Source: Acidobacteriota bacterium
GTDB taxonomy: Bacteria; Acidobacteriota; UBA4820; DSQY01
Direction of reading: 5' to 3'
Length of the DNA stretch: 64,000 nt
NCBI GenBank assembly: GCA_049967655.1
Contig: JBMFSH010000007.1
Coordinates: forward strand, 32,001 to 96,000
The notes under the pieces are model-generated. The model searched no databases. It was not told the origin of the DNA and saw nothing but the letters and a program-made list of their open reading frames with translations. This document shows, piece after piece, positions 28,506 to 38,745 of this stretch. Numbering within the stretch: the stretch's first letter is position 1; each line of letters begins with the position of its first letter. A program made the translations under genes and the position numbers.

Positions 28506-28532
28506 GGCGGGAGGCCGGGAAGCTCCCCGGCC

Positions 28533-29891
28533 ATGGCCATGAAGAGCGCTACCGTTTTCGTCTGCCAGGCCTGCGGAACGCAGAGCCCCAAGTGGCTGGG
28601 GCGTTGCCCCGGGTGCGGCGAGTGGAACAGCCTGGTGGAGGAAGCGGGCGCGGAGCCCGCGCGCTCCGCCGGGGGCAAGCCCCCTTCGCAGGCCGTTCCC
28701 CTCGCGGAGGTGCGCCCGGAGGAGGGCCGCAGGCTCGGCACGGGCTCCCGGGATCTGGATCGGGTGGTGGGCGGCGGGCTCTTCCCTGGCGGCGTGGTGC
28801 TCCTGGCCGGCGATCCCGGCGTGGGCAAGTCCACCCTCCTCCTCCAGATCTTCGGCGAACTGGCGAAAGAGCGGGCCGTCCTGTACGCCAGCGGTGAGGA
28901 GTCGCTGGCCCAGGTGGCCGGGCGGGCCCACCGCCTCGGTATTTCTGGCGAGCGGCTCCACCTGATGGCGGAGACCTCCGTCGAGGCCGTCCTCGCCGAG
29001 GTGGAGCGACTGGCGCCGGCGGTCCTGGCGGTAGATTCCATCCAGACCAGCTCGGTCGGGAGCCTGTCGGGAGGCGCCGGCTCCCTGGCCCAGGTTCGGG
29101 AGAGCTCGGCTCGGTTCATCGACGCGGCCAAACGACGCGCCATGCCCGCCCTCCTCGTCGGGCACATCACCAAGGAGGGCATGATCGCCGGACCCAAGGC
29201 CCTGGAGCACATGGTGGACACGGTGCTCTACCTGGAGGGGGAGCGGTACAGGCACCTGCGCGCGCTACGGGCCCACAAGAACCGCTACGGAGCCACCTCC
29301 GAGATGGCGCTCATGGAAATGACCACGGAGGGGCTGAAGGCCGTGGAGAATCCCTCGGAGGCGCTGCTGGCGGACCGCCCCGTGGGCGTTCCGGGCTCCG
29401 TCATCGGCGTCTCCCTCCAGGGCACCCGGCCGCTCCTCTTCGAGATCCAGGCGCTCACCTCGCCCTCCGCCTTCGGCCTGGCCAAGAGGATGAGCCTGGG
29501 GCTGGATCGCAACCGCGTCCAGCTCCTCTCGGCGGTCCTCGAACGCTCCATGCGCATCACCCTGGGAGACCGGGATCTCTTCGTCAACGTGGTGGGAGGC
29601 GTGGAGGTGGAGGAGCCTGCGCTGGACCTGCCGCTCTGTCTCGCGGTCGCTTCGGCCTACCGCGGCGTGGCCCTGCCTTCAGACCTGGCCGCCTTTGGAG
29701 AGGTGGGACTGGCGGGGGAGGTGAGGGGTGTCGGCTCCCCCCAGCCCCGGATCGCCGAAGCGGCCGCCCTCGGCTTCCGGCGCTGCGTCTTGCCGGCTTC
29801 CGACGCCAGGCGCCTGGAGCCCGCATCCGGGCAAATGGCCCTTACGCCGGTGGCCACCCTATCGGAGGCCATCGAGTACCTCTTTGCGTAA
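28533..29891 (+). CDS. radA: DNA repair protein RadA/Sms
   Basis: CQACG..CPGC Zn finger, GDPGVGKST, DSIQT, KNRYG, GEVGLAGE. Confidence 0.97.
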   Translation: MAMKSATVFVCQACGTQSPKWLGRCPGCGEWNSLVEEAGAEPARSAGGKPPSQAVPLAEVRPEEGRRLGTGSRDLDRVVGGGLFPGGVVLLAGDPGVGKSTLLLQIFGELAKERAVLYASGEESLAQVAGRAHRLGISGERLHLMAETSVEAVLAEVERLAPAVLAVDSIQTSSVGSLSGGAGSLAQVRESSARFIDAAKRRAMPALLVGHITKEGMIAGPKALEHMVDTVLYLEGERYRHLRALRAHKNRYGATSEMALMEMTTEGLKAVENPSEALLADRPVGVPGSVIGVSLQGTRPLLFEIQALTSPSAFGLAKRMSLGLDRNRVQLLSAVLERSMRITLGDRDLFVNVVGGVEVEEPALDLPLCLAVASAYRGVALPSDLAAFGEVGLAGEVRGVGSPQPRIAEAAALGFRRCVLPASDARRLEPASGQMALTPVATLSEAIEYLFA

Positions 29892-29928
29892 TTTCTTGAG
29901 TGGGAACGGTCATGGGTGGGGGGAAGCG

Positions 29929-29956
29929 CCGGAGGGGGCGACCAGTCCCCCTCCGG
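29929..29956. terminator. Strong hairpin between convergent genes
   Basis: CCGGAGGGGG-N8-CCCCCTCCGG; no U tract. Confidence 0.45.
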
Positions 29957-29971
29957 TAGCCTGCGTGGCGG

Positions 29972-30502
29972 TTACTTGGCGGGCGTGGATGGAGCCTGGT
30001 GAGAGGGTTCCATGGGAGGTTGCGTCTCCCCCACGGAGGGATGGCCGGGCGGCAGTCCTGCTCCGGAGTTCATGTCTCCGGCGTGGCCCTCTCCTCCCTT
30101 GGGCCGAGAGGCGGTGACGGTCCACGTCCCATTTTGGCGCACGAGGTCGTAGAGGTAGACCATGGGGGGTATCTGGCCCTCCTTGAGGCCGTAGGACACC
30201 GTGCAGGTGGCCTTGTCGCCCTCCGTCTTGATGTCGCTGACCGTCACCGTCATCTTATCGGTATTCACGTGGCGCACGCTCTGAACGTAGGTCATGACGG
30301 CCTTCTGCATCTCAGCTTCGAGGGGAGATGCGGCGGGTTGTGCCGCCGCTGATGCCTGTTCCTGGACGGAGGGCGCGGCCTGTGGTGCGGGCTTCTTCTC
30401 TGCGGCACTCCCGGCGGGAGCGGGCGCCTTCTGGCAGGACGCCGCGATGACCAGAACCAGGGGAAGGGTGAGGGTGACGGTTCGAACCACACTGCTCTTC
30501 AT
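29972..30502 (-). CDS. Hypothetical lipoprotein
   Basis: Lipobox-like IAASC after a hydrophobic stretch; Ala/Pro tether; C-terminal LPPGHP motif. Confidence 0.75.
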   Translation of the reverse strand: MKSSVVRTVTLTLPLVLVIAASCQKAPAPAGSAAEKKPAPQAAPSVQEQASAAAQPAASPLEAEMQKAVMTYVQSVRHVNTDKMTVTVSDIKTEGDKATCTVSYGLKEGQIPPMVYLYDLVRQNGTWTVTASRPKGGEGHAGDMNSGAGLPPGHPSVGETQPPMEPSHQAPSTPAK

Positions 30503-30759
30503 CGGCTAGCTCTCCATGGGAAAAAGACTCTGGTCTGGAACACCTGCAACCTTCGCGCGGCCCAGGCACGCCGACGGCCAAAGCCACGGGGTTGGGCACG
30601 GCAACGTCCGTGCTCGTTTCCCGGCGCAGTGTAGCGCAAAGCCTGTCCGGGCTCCAAGGTGACGACAGGTGACCCGCGGCAAGAAATCGGAGGGAGAGGT
30701 GAAACCTTGGCGGCCGCTCTCCCGTTTAATAAGGTTGAGGTGAAGGTGGAGGTGCTCCC

Positions 30760-31587
30760 ATGAAACGGATGGCGGTTGGGATGGCGGTGCTCTCGGCCAT
30801 GTTGGTCCTGGCGGGGTGCGCCCGGCAGATCCTGGGCTCCTCCGCGGAGGAGCGCGTGGAGAGGACTGTCCCCATGCCGGCCGGGGGAACCTTCGCCCTC
30901 GACAACATCAACGGCTCCATCACCCTCACCGTGGGAAAGCCCGGAGAGGTGCGCATCGTGGCCATCAAACGCGTCCAGGCCTTCAGCCAGGAGAAGGCGA
31001 AGGAGGGGCTGGCCAAGCTGGAGGTGGGGGTCACGGACACCGGCAAGGGGGTCAGGGTGGAGACGCGCTATCCCAAGAGCGCCGGTTTCCTGGCGGGGAT
31101 GGGCTTCAGCGGGACGGTGACCTTTGACGTGGCCGTCCCCGAGGGAACCCCAGCCAAGCTCGCCACGGTCAACGGCACCATTACGGCGGACGTCCCGGCC
31201 TCGGCCATCAGTTGCGAAACCACCAACGGCAAGGTCGACGCGCTTACCTGTGGGCGCATCGACGCGGCCGTCGTGAACGGGACCATCCGCTTCAAGGCCC
31301 AGAACGCCGGAGAGGTGACGACCACCAACGGGAGCATCGAGGGCCAGATCCTCTCGCACGCCCCCGAAAAGGCGCACCTGGAGACGGTCAACGGAAGCAT
31401 CGCTCTCGCCCTCTACCCCGATGCGGCCCTGCACCTTTCCGCCGAGAACGTCAACGGCGGCGTTTCGACGGAGATCAAAGGGCTCAGCGAGTCCAAGCAC
31501 GAACTCTTCGGCGATCTCAACGGCGGCGGCCATACGGTGAGCGTGGAGACCGTCAACGGCTCCATCCACCTCCGGCCCATCCGCTGA
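30760..31587 (+). CDS. DUF4097-like beta-strand-repeat lipoprotein
   Basis: Lipobox LAGC; repeated (T/N)(V/T/I)NG(S/T)I units. Confidence 0.85.
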   Translation: MKRMAVGMAVLSAMLVLAGCARQILGSSAEERVERTVPMPAGGTFALDNINGSITLTVGKPGEVRIVAIKRVQAFSQEKAKEGLAKLEVGVTDTGKGVRVETRYPKSAGFLAGMGFSGTVTFDVAVPEGTPAKLATVNGTITADVPASAISCETTNGKVDALTCGRIDAAVVNGTIRFKAQNAGEVTTTNGSIEGQILSHAPEKAHLETVNGSIALALYPDAALHLSAENVNGGVSTEIKGLSESKHELFGDLNGGGHTVSVETVNGSIHLRPIR

Positions 31588-31608
31588 CCCCCTGTTCGCC
31601 TTCACCAC

Positions 31609-31675
31609 CCCAAATTCCTCGGCTTGCCCCGCCTGCTTTCCATGTTCTTTCCCTCGTCCCATCGCGGGATGGGGG
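31609..31675 (+). mobile_element. Degenerate remnant of the same MITE family
   Basis: Starts CCCAAATTCC, ends CCCATCGCGGGATGGGGG; no matching target duplication. Confidence 0.55.
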
Positions 31676-31710
31676 TCTCCGTGGTGGTCTCCGTGGGTCT
31701 CCGTGGGTCT
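31674..31710 (+). repeat. Short tandem repeat GGTCTCCGTG x3.5
   Basis: Units at 31674, 31686, 31696 and a partial unit at 31706. Confidence 0.85.
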
Positions 31711-31764
31711 TGGCAGGGCCGCATCTTCATGATAGAAGGAAAGTTTCGGAGGATGTGCGAGTCC

Positions 31765-34614
31765 ATGGAGCTGATCCGAATCAAGGGCGCCCGGGAACAC
31801 AACCTGAAGAACCTGGACGTCACCCTGCCCAAGAACAAGCTCGTGGTCATCACGGGCCTTTCGGGCTCCGGCAAATCTTCGCTGGCCTTTGACACGCTCT
31901 ACGCCGAGGGTCAGCGACGGTACGTGGAGTCGCTCTCTGCCTATGCGCGGCAGTTCCTCGATCTCATGGAGAAGCCCGACGTGGACTCCATCGAGGGGCT
32001 CTCACCGGCCATCTCCATCGAGCAGAGATCCACCTCCCACAATCCGCGCTCGACGGTCGGGACCGTGACGGAAATCTACGACTATCTCCGCGTGCTCTTC
32101 GCCAGGGTGGGCAAGCCCTTCTGCCCCCAGTGCGGCCGGCCCATCGAGAGCCAGACCGTGCAGCAGATGGTGGACCAGATCCTCTCCCTTCCCGAGGGCG
32201 AGCGGATCTATGTCCTCGCGCCGGTGGTAAGGGGGCGCAAGGGCGAGTACAGGAAGCTGCTGGCCGGGCTTCTCAAGGAGGGGTTTGTCCGCGCCCGGGT
32301 GGACGGAAAGGTGCTGGACCTCCAGGAGGACCTGGATCTGGCGCGCTACCGCGCCCATACCATCGAGATTCTCGTGGACCGCCTGGTGGTCAAACCCGGT
32401 GTGCAGAGCCGCCTGACCGAATCGGTGGAGCTGGCCCTGCAGAAGGGGGAGGGACTGGTGGTGGTCCACAGGCTGTCGGACGAGAGCGACCTGCTCTTCT
32501 CGGAGCGGCTCTCCTGTCCCACTTGCGGCACATCCCTTCCCGAGCTGGAACCTCGGCTCTTCTCCTTCAACAGCCCGCACGGGGCCTGCACCGAGTGTTC
32601 GGGACTGGGCGTCAAGATGGAGCTGGATCCGGCCAAGATCGTGCCCAACCCCAACCTCTCCCTTGCTCAAGGGGCGGTTGTGCCCTGGCCCGTGGAGGGA
32701 GGCTTCTGGTATCGCGAGATGATCGAAGGCGTGGGCAGGGACATGGGCTTCTCCCTGAAGAGCCCCTGGTGCAAGCTCCCGGAAGAGGCCCGGCAGGTCA
32801 TCCTGTACGGCAGCAACGGCCGAAAGATCGCCTACGACGTGCAGCGGGACCGGAACCGCTACCAGTTCGAGCACGCCTTTGAAGGGGTAATCCCCAACCT
32901 CATGCGGAGGTACCGGGAGACCAAGTCCGACGCCTCCCGGGAGGAGATTGAGGCCTACATGTCCACCTCTCCCTGCCCCGCCTGCGGTGGGAGGCGGCTC
33001 AAACCCGAAGCCCTCTCGGTCAAGGTGGGGGGGCACACCATCGCGGCGCTCACCGACCTGTCCGTGCGCGAGGCGCGGCGGGCCCTGTCCGAGCTGGAGC
33101 TGTCGCCCCGGGACCAGGAGATCGCCAGAATGGTGCTGAAGGAGATCCGCAGCAGGCTCTCTTTCCTGGACAACGTGGGTCTCGGCTACCTGACGCTCTC
33201 GCGGACGGCTACCACCCTTTCGGGTGGGGAGAGCCAGCGGATCCGCCTCGCCACGCAGGTGGGCAGCCAGCTGACGGGGGTGCTCTACGTCCTGGACGAG
33301 CCCTCCATCGGGCTCCACCAAAGGGACAACAGGCGCCTGCTGGACACGCTCATGGCCATGCGCGACCTGGGCAACACGGTGGTGGTGGTGGAGCACGACG
33401 AGGAGACGATCCGCACGGCGGATCACGTGGTGGATTTGGGCCCCGGCGCTGGCGTCCACGGGGGAGAGGTGGTGGCCGAGGGTGGGATCGAAGATCTCTG
33501 CAGAGCGCCGAGGTCCGTGACGGGCGCCTACATCTCCGGCCGCAGGTCCATCCCCGTGCCCGCCAAAAGAAGAAAGCCCAGCGGGTGGCTGAAGGTGCTC
33601 GGCGCCTCTGAGCACAACCTCAAAGGGTTGGATGTGGCTATCCCCCTGGGCGTGTTCACGGTGGTGGCCGGGGTTTCCGGCTCGGGGAAGTCCACGCTCG
33701 TCCACGACATCCTCTACAAGGGGCTCATGCAGCGGATCTACCACAGCATAGACGTGCCCGGCATCCACCGCTCCATAGAGGGATGGGAGAGGGTGGACAA
33801 GGTCATCGAAATCGACCAGTCGCCCATCGGGCGCACCCCGCGGTCCAACCCCGCCACCTATACGGGGCTCTTCACGCCCATCCGCGACCTCTTCGCACAG
33901 GTGCCCGAGGCTCGCGCGCGAGGGTACAAGCCGGGCCGTTTTTCCTTCAACGTCAAGGGCGGGCGGTGCGAGGCCTGCCAGGGAGACGGGGTCCTCAAGA
34001 TCGAGATGCACTTCCTGCCAGACGTCTACGTCACCTGCGACACGTGCAAAGGCATGCGGTACAACCGGGAGACGCTGGAGGTGCGGTACAAGGGAAAGAG
34101 CATCGCCGAGGTGCTGGACATGACCGTGAGCGAGGCTCTCGAATTCTTCGACAAGATCCCCCTAGTCCGGAAGAAACTTCAGACCCTGGCCGATGTGGGG
34201 CTGGGGTACCTGCACCTGGGCCAGCAGGCCACCACCCTCTCGGGCGGCGAAGCCCAGCGGATCAAGCTGGCGAGAGAGCTCAGCCGGCGGGCCACCGGGA
34301 ACACGCTCTACGTGCTGGACGAACCCACCACGGGCCTCCATTTCGAGGACGTGCGTCATCTGCTCAACGTCCTGCAGCGACTGGTGGAGGCGGGCAATAC
34401 GGTGGTGGTGATCGAGCATAATCTGGATGTGATCAAGAGCGCCGACGCGGTGCTCGAACTGGGCCCCGAAGGCGGGGAGGAGGGCGGCCGCCTGGTCGCC
34501 TGCGGAACGCCGGAAGAGGTGGCGAAGGTGCCATCGTCGCCAACCGGGGAGTTCCTGAAGCGAATTCTATGCGAGGGATCCGATGAAAAACTGGCCCGAG
34601 CCATACCGGATTAA
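31765..34614 (+). CDS. uvrA: Excinuclease ABC subunit A
   Basis: [34 protein letters not shown], two ABC modules (LSGGE, DEP), Zn fingers. Confidence 0.98.
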   Translation: MELIRIKGAREHNLKNLDVTLPKNKLVVITGLSGSGKSSLAFDTLYAEGQRRYVESLSAYARQFLDLMEKPDVDSIEGLSPAISIEQRSTSHNPRSTVGTVTEIYDYLRVLFARVGKPFCPQCGRPIESQTVQQMVDQILSLPEGERIYVLAPVVRGRKGEYRKLLAGLLKEGFVRARVDGKVLDLQEDLDLARYRAHTIEILVDRLVVKPGVQSRLTESVELALQKGEGLVVVHRLSDESDLLFSERLSCPTCGTSLPELEPRLFSFNSPHGACTECSGLGVKMELDPAKIVPNPNLSLAQGAVVPWPVEGGFWYREMIEGVGRDMGFSLKSPWCKLPEEARQVILYGSNGRKIAYDVQRDRNRYQFEHAFEGVIPNLMRRYRETKSDASREEIEAYMSTSPCPACGGRRLKPEALSVKVGGHTIAALTDLSVREARRALSELELSPRDQEIARMVLKEIRSRLSFLDNVGLGYLTLSRTATTLSGGESQRIRLATQVGSQLTGVLYVLDEPSIGLHQRDNRRLLDTLMAMRDLGNTVVVVEHDEETIRTADHVVDLGPGAGVHGGEVVAEGGIEDLCRAPRSVTGAYISGRRSIPVPAKRRKPSGWLKVLGASEHNLKGLDVAIPLGVFTVVAGVSGSGKSTLVHDILYKGLMQRIYHSIDVPGIHRSIEGWERVDKVIEIDQSPIGRTPRSNPATYTGLFTPIRDLFAQVPEARARGYKPGRFSFNVKGGRCEACQGDGVLKIEMHFLPDVYVTCDTCKGMRYNRETLEVRYKGKSIAEVLDMTVSEALEFFDKIPLVRKKLQTLADVGLGYLHLGQQATTLSGGEAQRIKLARELSRRATGNTLYVLDEPTTGLHFEDVRHLLNVLQRLVEAGNTVVVIEHNLDVIKSADAVLELGPEGGEEGGRLVACGTPEEVAKVPSSPTGEFLKRILCEGSDEKLARAIPD

Positions 34615-35956
34615 GATGGTGGAGGCGATCCAACTGCCTCGGCGGAAGGAACGAGAACGCATTCTACGGGAGGCCGGCTACAACCTTTTCATGGTGCGGG
34701 CCGAAGACGTCTTCGTCGACCTCCTGACCGATTCGGGGACAGGGGCCATGAGCGACAAGCAGTGGTCCGCCCTCATGCGCGGGGACGAGTCTTACGCGCA
34801 GGCCCGTTCCTGGTTCCGCTTCTACGAGGCGGTGCGGGGACTCACCGGCATGGAGCACGTGCTCCCCACGCACCAGGGCAGGGCTGCCGAGAACCTGCTC
34901 TTCTCCCAGATCGCCCGGCCCGGCCTCAGCATCCCAAACAACAGCCACTTCGATACGACGAGGGCCAACATCGAGTTCTTCGGAGCCGAGGCGGTTGATT
35001 TGGTGATTCCGGAGGGCAGGGACATCCACCTCGACCACCCCTTCAAGGGGAACATGGACCTGAACCGCCTCGAAACCCTCCTGAAGGAGAAGGGGAGGAG
35101 GTCCGTTCCCCTGTGCATGATCACCATCACCAACAACACGGGGGGCGGCCAGCCCGTCTCCCTGGCCAACATCAGGGCCACGGGGGAGCTCTGTCGGCGG
35201 TACGGGGTCCCCCTGTTCCTGGACTGCTGCCGCTTTGCGGAGAACGCCTACTTCATCAAGCGGCGGGAGCCCGAATGCGCGCACATGAGCATCCGCGAGA
35301 TCGCGGCGGCCATGTTCGCCTGCGCCGACGGGGCCACCATGAGCGCCAAGAAGGATGGTCTCGGGAACATCGGGGGCTTTCTCGCGCTTCGGGATGGAGA
35401 GCTCGCCGCCCGGCTCAAGTCGATGCTGATCCTCAAGGAGGGGTTCCCCACTTACGGAGGCCTCGCCGGAAGGGATCTGGAGGCCCTCGCCCAAGGATTC
35501 GAGGAAGTCCAGGAGGAGGACTACCTGGAGGCCAGGGTCGGCCAGATCGCGCGGTTCGGCGAGGCCCTCAAGGCCCGGGGCGTGCCCATCCTGGAGCCCA
35601 CGGGAGGGCACGCCGTCTACCTGGATGCCCGCGGGATCCTGCCGCACGTTCCCGCCCATGCCTTCCCCGCCCAGAGCCTCACGGCAGCGCTTTACTTGGA
35701 GGGCGGCGTGCGTGGCGTGGAGATCGGCTCGCTCATGTTCGGGAAGACGGGAAAGGACGGCCGGTTCCTCCCCGCCGCCCTGGAGCTGGTGCGGCTCGCC
35801 GTGCCCAGGAGGGTCTACACCGACAACCACCTCGGGTACGTGGCCGACGTGGCCGGGGAGATCGTCCGAAACGCCTCCAGTTGCAGAGGATACCGCATCG
35901 TGGAGGAGGCCCCCTTCCTCCGGCATTTTACGGCGAGGCTCGAGCCGTTGGCCTGA
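34583..35956 (+). CDS. tnaA: Tryptophanase (beta-eliminating lyase; tyrosine phenol-lyase not excluded)
   Basis: [39 protein letters not shown] lysine, [25 protein letters not shown]. Confidence 0.85.
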   Translation: MKNWPEPYRIKMVEAIQLPRRKERERILREAGYNLFMVRAEDVFVDLLTDSGTGAMSDKQWSALMRGDESYAQARSWFRFYEAVRGLTGMEHVLPTHQGRAAENLLFSQIARPGLSIPNNSHFDTTRANIEFFGAEAVDLVIPEGRDIHLDHPFKGNMDLNRLETLLKEKGRRSVPLCMITITNNTGGGQPVSLANIRATGELCRRYGVPLFLDCCRFAENAYFIKRREPECAHMSIREIAAAMFACADGATMSAKKDGLGNIGGFLALRDGELAARLKSMLILKEGFPTYGGLAGRDLEALAQGFEEVQEEDYLEARVGQIARFGEALKARGVPILEPTGGHAVYLDARGILPHVPAHAFPAQSLTAALYLEGGVRGVEIGSLMFGKTGKDGRFLPAALELVRLAVPRRVYTDNHLGYVADVAGEIVRNASSCRGYRIVEEAPFLRHFTARLEPLA

Positions 35957-36007
35957 GGCATTGAGAAGCTGGGCCTCTTTGCGTATCGTAGTCCTTGTGA
36001 AGGATGC

Positions 36008-36664
36008 GTGGCTGTCATGATCACTGGATTCAACCAGGATGTCGTGCACAAGGGCAAGGTCTACCACGTCCAGACCGAGGACCGCGGGCTGGACAATCCG
36101 GTAATCGAGACCCTCATCTACTCGGGAGGAGAGATCCTCGCCTCGAAAAAGACCTCCTACAAGGAGCTGGTGGAGCACGGGTACGAGGAGGCCAAGCTCG
36201 CCGCGCTGCTCGAGCAGCAGCACCGCCGCATCGTGGTCGATATCAAGCTGGGCAAGTATTCCAAGGAGCCCGTGGAGACCTTCGGACAGGGACTCATCTC
36301 CTCGAAGAGCCTGGATGAGGTCATCCTCGAGTATCTGACGAGCGAGAGCGAGGGGGAGAAACTGGTTGCCGAAATCCTGGACCAGTCGCCCTACGTGGCC
36401 GGCGAACGGGGTTGGGTGCATCTCAGGGTCCAGACCGACATCACGCGGAATCCCTTGCCGGGGGCGTCGGTATCGGTCCGCCTGGCGGCGAGCGACGGGC
36501 ACAGCGCGGAGCTCTACCGCGGAAGCACGGGGCCCGACGGACTGTGCAACGCCTCCTTTCTCCTCCCCCCCGTGGAGGGCAACGCGGTGGTCGTCATCCA
36601 GGTGACCCACGCGCAGGGGAGATTCCAGACCAAGACCCTCATCACCAAGAGGAACCCGCGATGA
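36008..36664 (+). CDS. Hypothetical two-domain protein
   Basis: N-terminal GFNQDVVHKGKVYHVQTEDRG helical-beta domain; C-terminal PLPGASVSV..TGPDG Ig-like segment; stop overlaps thiS start. Confidence 0.8.
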   Translation: MAVMITGFNQDVVHKGKVYHVQTEDRGLDNPVIETLIYSGGEILASKKTSYKELVEHGYEEAKLAALLEQQHRRIVVDIKLGKYSKEPVETFGQGLISSKSLDEVILEYLTSESEGEKLVAEILDQSPYVAGERGWVHLRVQTDITRNPLPGASVSVRLAASDGHSAELYRGSTGPDGLCNASFLLPPVEGNAVVVIQVTHAQGRFQTKTLITKRNPR

Positions 36665-36861
36665 CCCTCACTCTGAACGGTTCCCCGGTGGCCCTCGAGG
36701 AGGGTCTCACGGTGGCGGCCCTTCTTCAGCGGCTGGAGCTTTCTCGGGAGCGCGTTGCCATCGAGCGAAACGGCTCTATCCTTCCCAGGGTCGCCTACGA
36801 GGAGACCCGCCTCGCCGAGGGTGACAGGCTGGAGATCGTACAGTTCGTGGGAGGCGGCTAG
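36661..36861 (+). CDS. thiS: Sulfur carrier protein ThiS
   Basis: MTLTLNG..TVAALL..VAIERNG..GDRLEIVQFVGGG. Confidence 0.93.
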   Translation: MTLTLNGSPVALEEGLTVAALLQRLELSRERVAIERNGSILPRVAYEETRLAEGDRLEIVQFVGGG

Positions 36862-36942
36862 AACAAGGCGCCGAGACAAGGCCCTTCGCCGGGGGATGTT
36901 CGGCGGCGGCAAGATGCCGTCATGGGCCGAGGCCGGGCCGGC

Positions 36943-37017
36943 TGGTGGGCGGTACCGGGTTTGAACCAGTGACATCCTGCTTGTAAGGCAGGCGCTCTCC
37001 CGCTGAGCTAACCGCCC
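36943..37017 (-). tRNA. tRNA-Val(TAC)
   Basis: Reverse complement GGGCGGTTAGCTCAGCGGGAGAGCGCCTGCCTTACAAGCAGGATGTCACTGGTTCAAACCCGGTACCGCCCACCA folds as a cloverleaf with encoded CCA. Confidence 0.96.
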
Positions 37018-37025
37018 AGAGGGGG

Positions 37026-37054
37026 AGTGTAACCGCCGTTCGATGCCGCGTCAA
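37026..37054 (-). promoter_or_regulatory. tRNA-Val promoter
   Basis: Minus strand TTGACG-N17-TACACT. Confidence 0.75.
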
Positions 37055-37105
37055 ACGGGCAGCCCGTTTCCCTCTGGGTGAAAAGACAAGGCGGCCCAGA
37101 ACTTC

Positions 37106-37134
37106 TTGACCCCCCCTGGGAAATCTGCTAGGCT
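37106..37134 (+). promoter_or_regulatory. atp operon promoter
   Basis: TTGACC-N17-TAGGCT with TG extension. Confidence 0.65.
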
Positions 37135-37176
37135 AAACCCTCTGCTTGGCCCGACCGTTCATGGGGGGGATCGACC

Positions 37177-37620
37177 GTGCTCGAAGAGCTAATGAAGAGT
37201 TACTGGCATATTCCCATCATCATGGGAATGGTCCTGGTGTACGGCATCCTGTTGAACAAGGTCTTTTTTCGGCCGGTTCAGGGGGTGCTGGAAGAGCGGA
37301 AGAAACGCGTCAGAGAGTCGGGAACCCTTTCTGATCAATCCAAGGACGTCCTGAGCAAGCGTTTCGCGGAGTACGAGCAGGCCGTTTTGGAAGCTCACCG
37401 CAAAGCCACTCACCTGAAAGAGCAGGCCCGGAACGAAGCCTACGAATACCGCAGCAGAGTTCTGGGCGACGTGAAGGCCGAGGTGGCCAAGAACCTCCAG
37501 CGAGCCGAGGAAGAGCTTAGGGAGAACATCTCCGCGGTGAAGCGGGACCTGGAGGGACAAATCCCCCATTTCGCCAAGGCCTTGGCCTCCAAGCTTCTGG
37601 GCCGTGAGGTGACGGCATGA
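37177..37620 (+). CDS. atpF: ATP synthase F0 subunit b'
   Basis: N-terminal TM helix, LNKVFFRPV..VLEER, coiled coil, KLLGREV. Confidence 0.85.
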   Translation: MLEELMKSYWHIPIIMGMVLVYGILLNKVFFRPVQGVLEERKKRVRESGTLSDQSKDVLSKRFAEYEQAVLEAHRKATHLKEQARNEAYEYRSRVLGDVKAEVAKNLQRAEEELRENISAVKRDLEGQIPHFAKALASKLLGREVTA

Positions 37621-38222
37621 TCAAGAGGCTTTCGCTCGCGGTCCTGCTCTGGCTCCCGGCTTTGGTCGTGATGGCGCAGGAGGCCTCCGAGGGGCATGGG
37701 GCAGAGGGAGGCTGGATGGCCCCCATCTGGCACGTCCCCATGATCGCTTGGCAGGTCGTGAACTTCCTGCTGGTGGTGGGGTTGTTCATCTACCTGTTGA
37801 GGAGGCCCGCCCCAGAATTTTTCGAATCCAGGGCTAGGGAGATCCAGGCACTCCTGGAGAAGGCTCTCAAAGAGAAGGAAGAGGCGCTGGCTCGGCTGAA
37901 GGAGGTGGAGGAGAAGATGGCCCGCCTCGGCGACGAGGTGGCCTCCATCGAGAAGGCCTCGAAGGAGTCGGCGGAGGCTGACAAGCGCAGGGTTCTGGAA
38001 GAGGCTGAGGCGGCCAGGCTTCGCATTGGAGAGGAGGCGCGCGCCGAGATGGAACGGCGCGTTCTGGAGGCGAAGCGGGATCTGCGCGCCTTCGCCGCCG
38101 ATATGGCGGTAAAAATGGCCAGGGAACTGTTGGCACAGAACCTTACGGATGAGGACGAGCAGCGGCTTCAGAGTGAATTTCTTGGGCTTCTGGAGGAGGA
38201 GAGCCATGAGCAGCATCGGTAA
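37617..38222 (+). CDS. atpF: ATP synthase F0 subunit b
   Basis: WQVVNFLL TM segment, long coiled coil; position in operon. Confidence 0.88.
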   Translation: MIKRLSLAVLLWLPALVVMAQEASEGHGAEGGWMAPIWHVPMIAWQVVNFLLVVGLFIYLLRRPAPEFFESRAREIQALLEKALKEKEEALARLKEVEEKMARLGDEVASIEKASKESAEADKRRVLEEAEAARLRIGEEARAEMERRVLEAKRDLRAFAADMAVKMARELLAQNLTDEDEQRLQSEFLGLLEEESHEQHR

Positions 38223-38739
38223 GCGCTACGCGCAGGCGCTCCTCGCGAACCTCGGGACGGAGCCCGTGGACGCCGTTCTAGCGGACCTCAAGGCCTTTGG
38301 GGCCATGCTGAAGCAGGTTCCCGAGCTGGGCCGGGTTATAGAGAATCCGGGCATTCCCGCCGAGGTCAAGGGGCGGCTGGTGAGGGAGCTGGCGAAGCGG
38401 TTGGGGCTCAGGGACGTTTCGATCCGGTTCGTGCTCATGGCCATTGAACACCGCCGTCTCCGCCAGTGGGAGGAGATAGTGGCCGCCTTTTCGGCCATAA
38501 GGGATGAGAAGGCAGGGGTCCAGCGCGCGCAGGTCGTGTCCGCTCGGCCCCTGAGCGAGAGAGCGCGCAAGGAAATGTCTGCCCGGCTGGCATCCATCTT
38601 CGGGCGAACGGTGGAACTGGAGACGAAGGTTGCCAGCGAGCTATTGGGGGGTATTCAGCTTCACGTGGGGTCAACCGTGTACGACGGGTCCGTTGCCGGC
38701 GCCCTGAAGTCCGTGCATCAGGATCTCGTGAAGGGGTAG
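38206..38739 (+). CDS. atpH: ATP synthase subunit delta
   Basis: KRYAQAL, NP, SARPL, LLGG..VGSTVYDGS. Confidence 0.93.
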   Translation: MSSIGKRYAQALLANLGTEPVDAVLADLKAFGAMLKQVPELGRVIENPGIPAEVKGRLVRELAKRLGLRDVSIRFVLMAIEHRRLRQWEEIVAAFSAIRDEKAGVQRAQVVSARPLSERARKEMSARLASIFGRTVELETKVASELLGGIQLHVGSTVYDGSVAGALKSVHQDLVKG

Positions 38740-38745
38740 GCGAGC

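Noticed and set aside
30560..30690. Cyclic di-GMP-I riboswitch suggested by CAAAGCCACGGG and CGCAAAGCC
   Set aside because: The upstream GGCAAAC..GNRA..GG stem and closing P1 pairing could not be built
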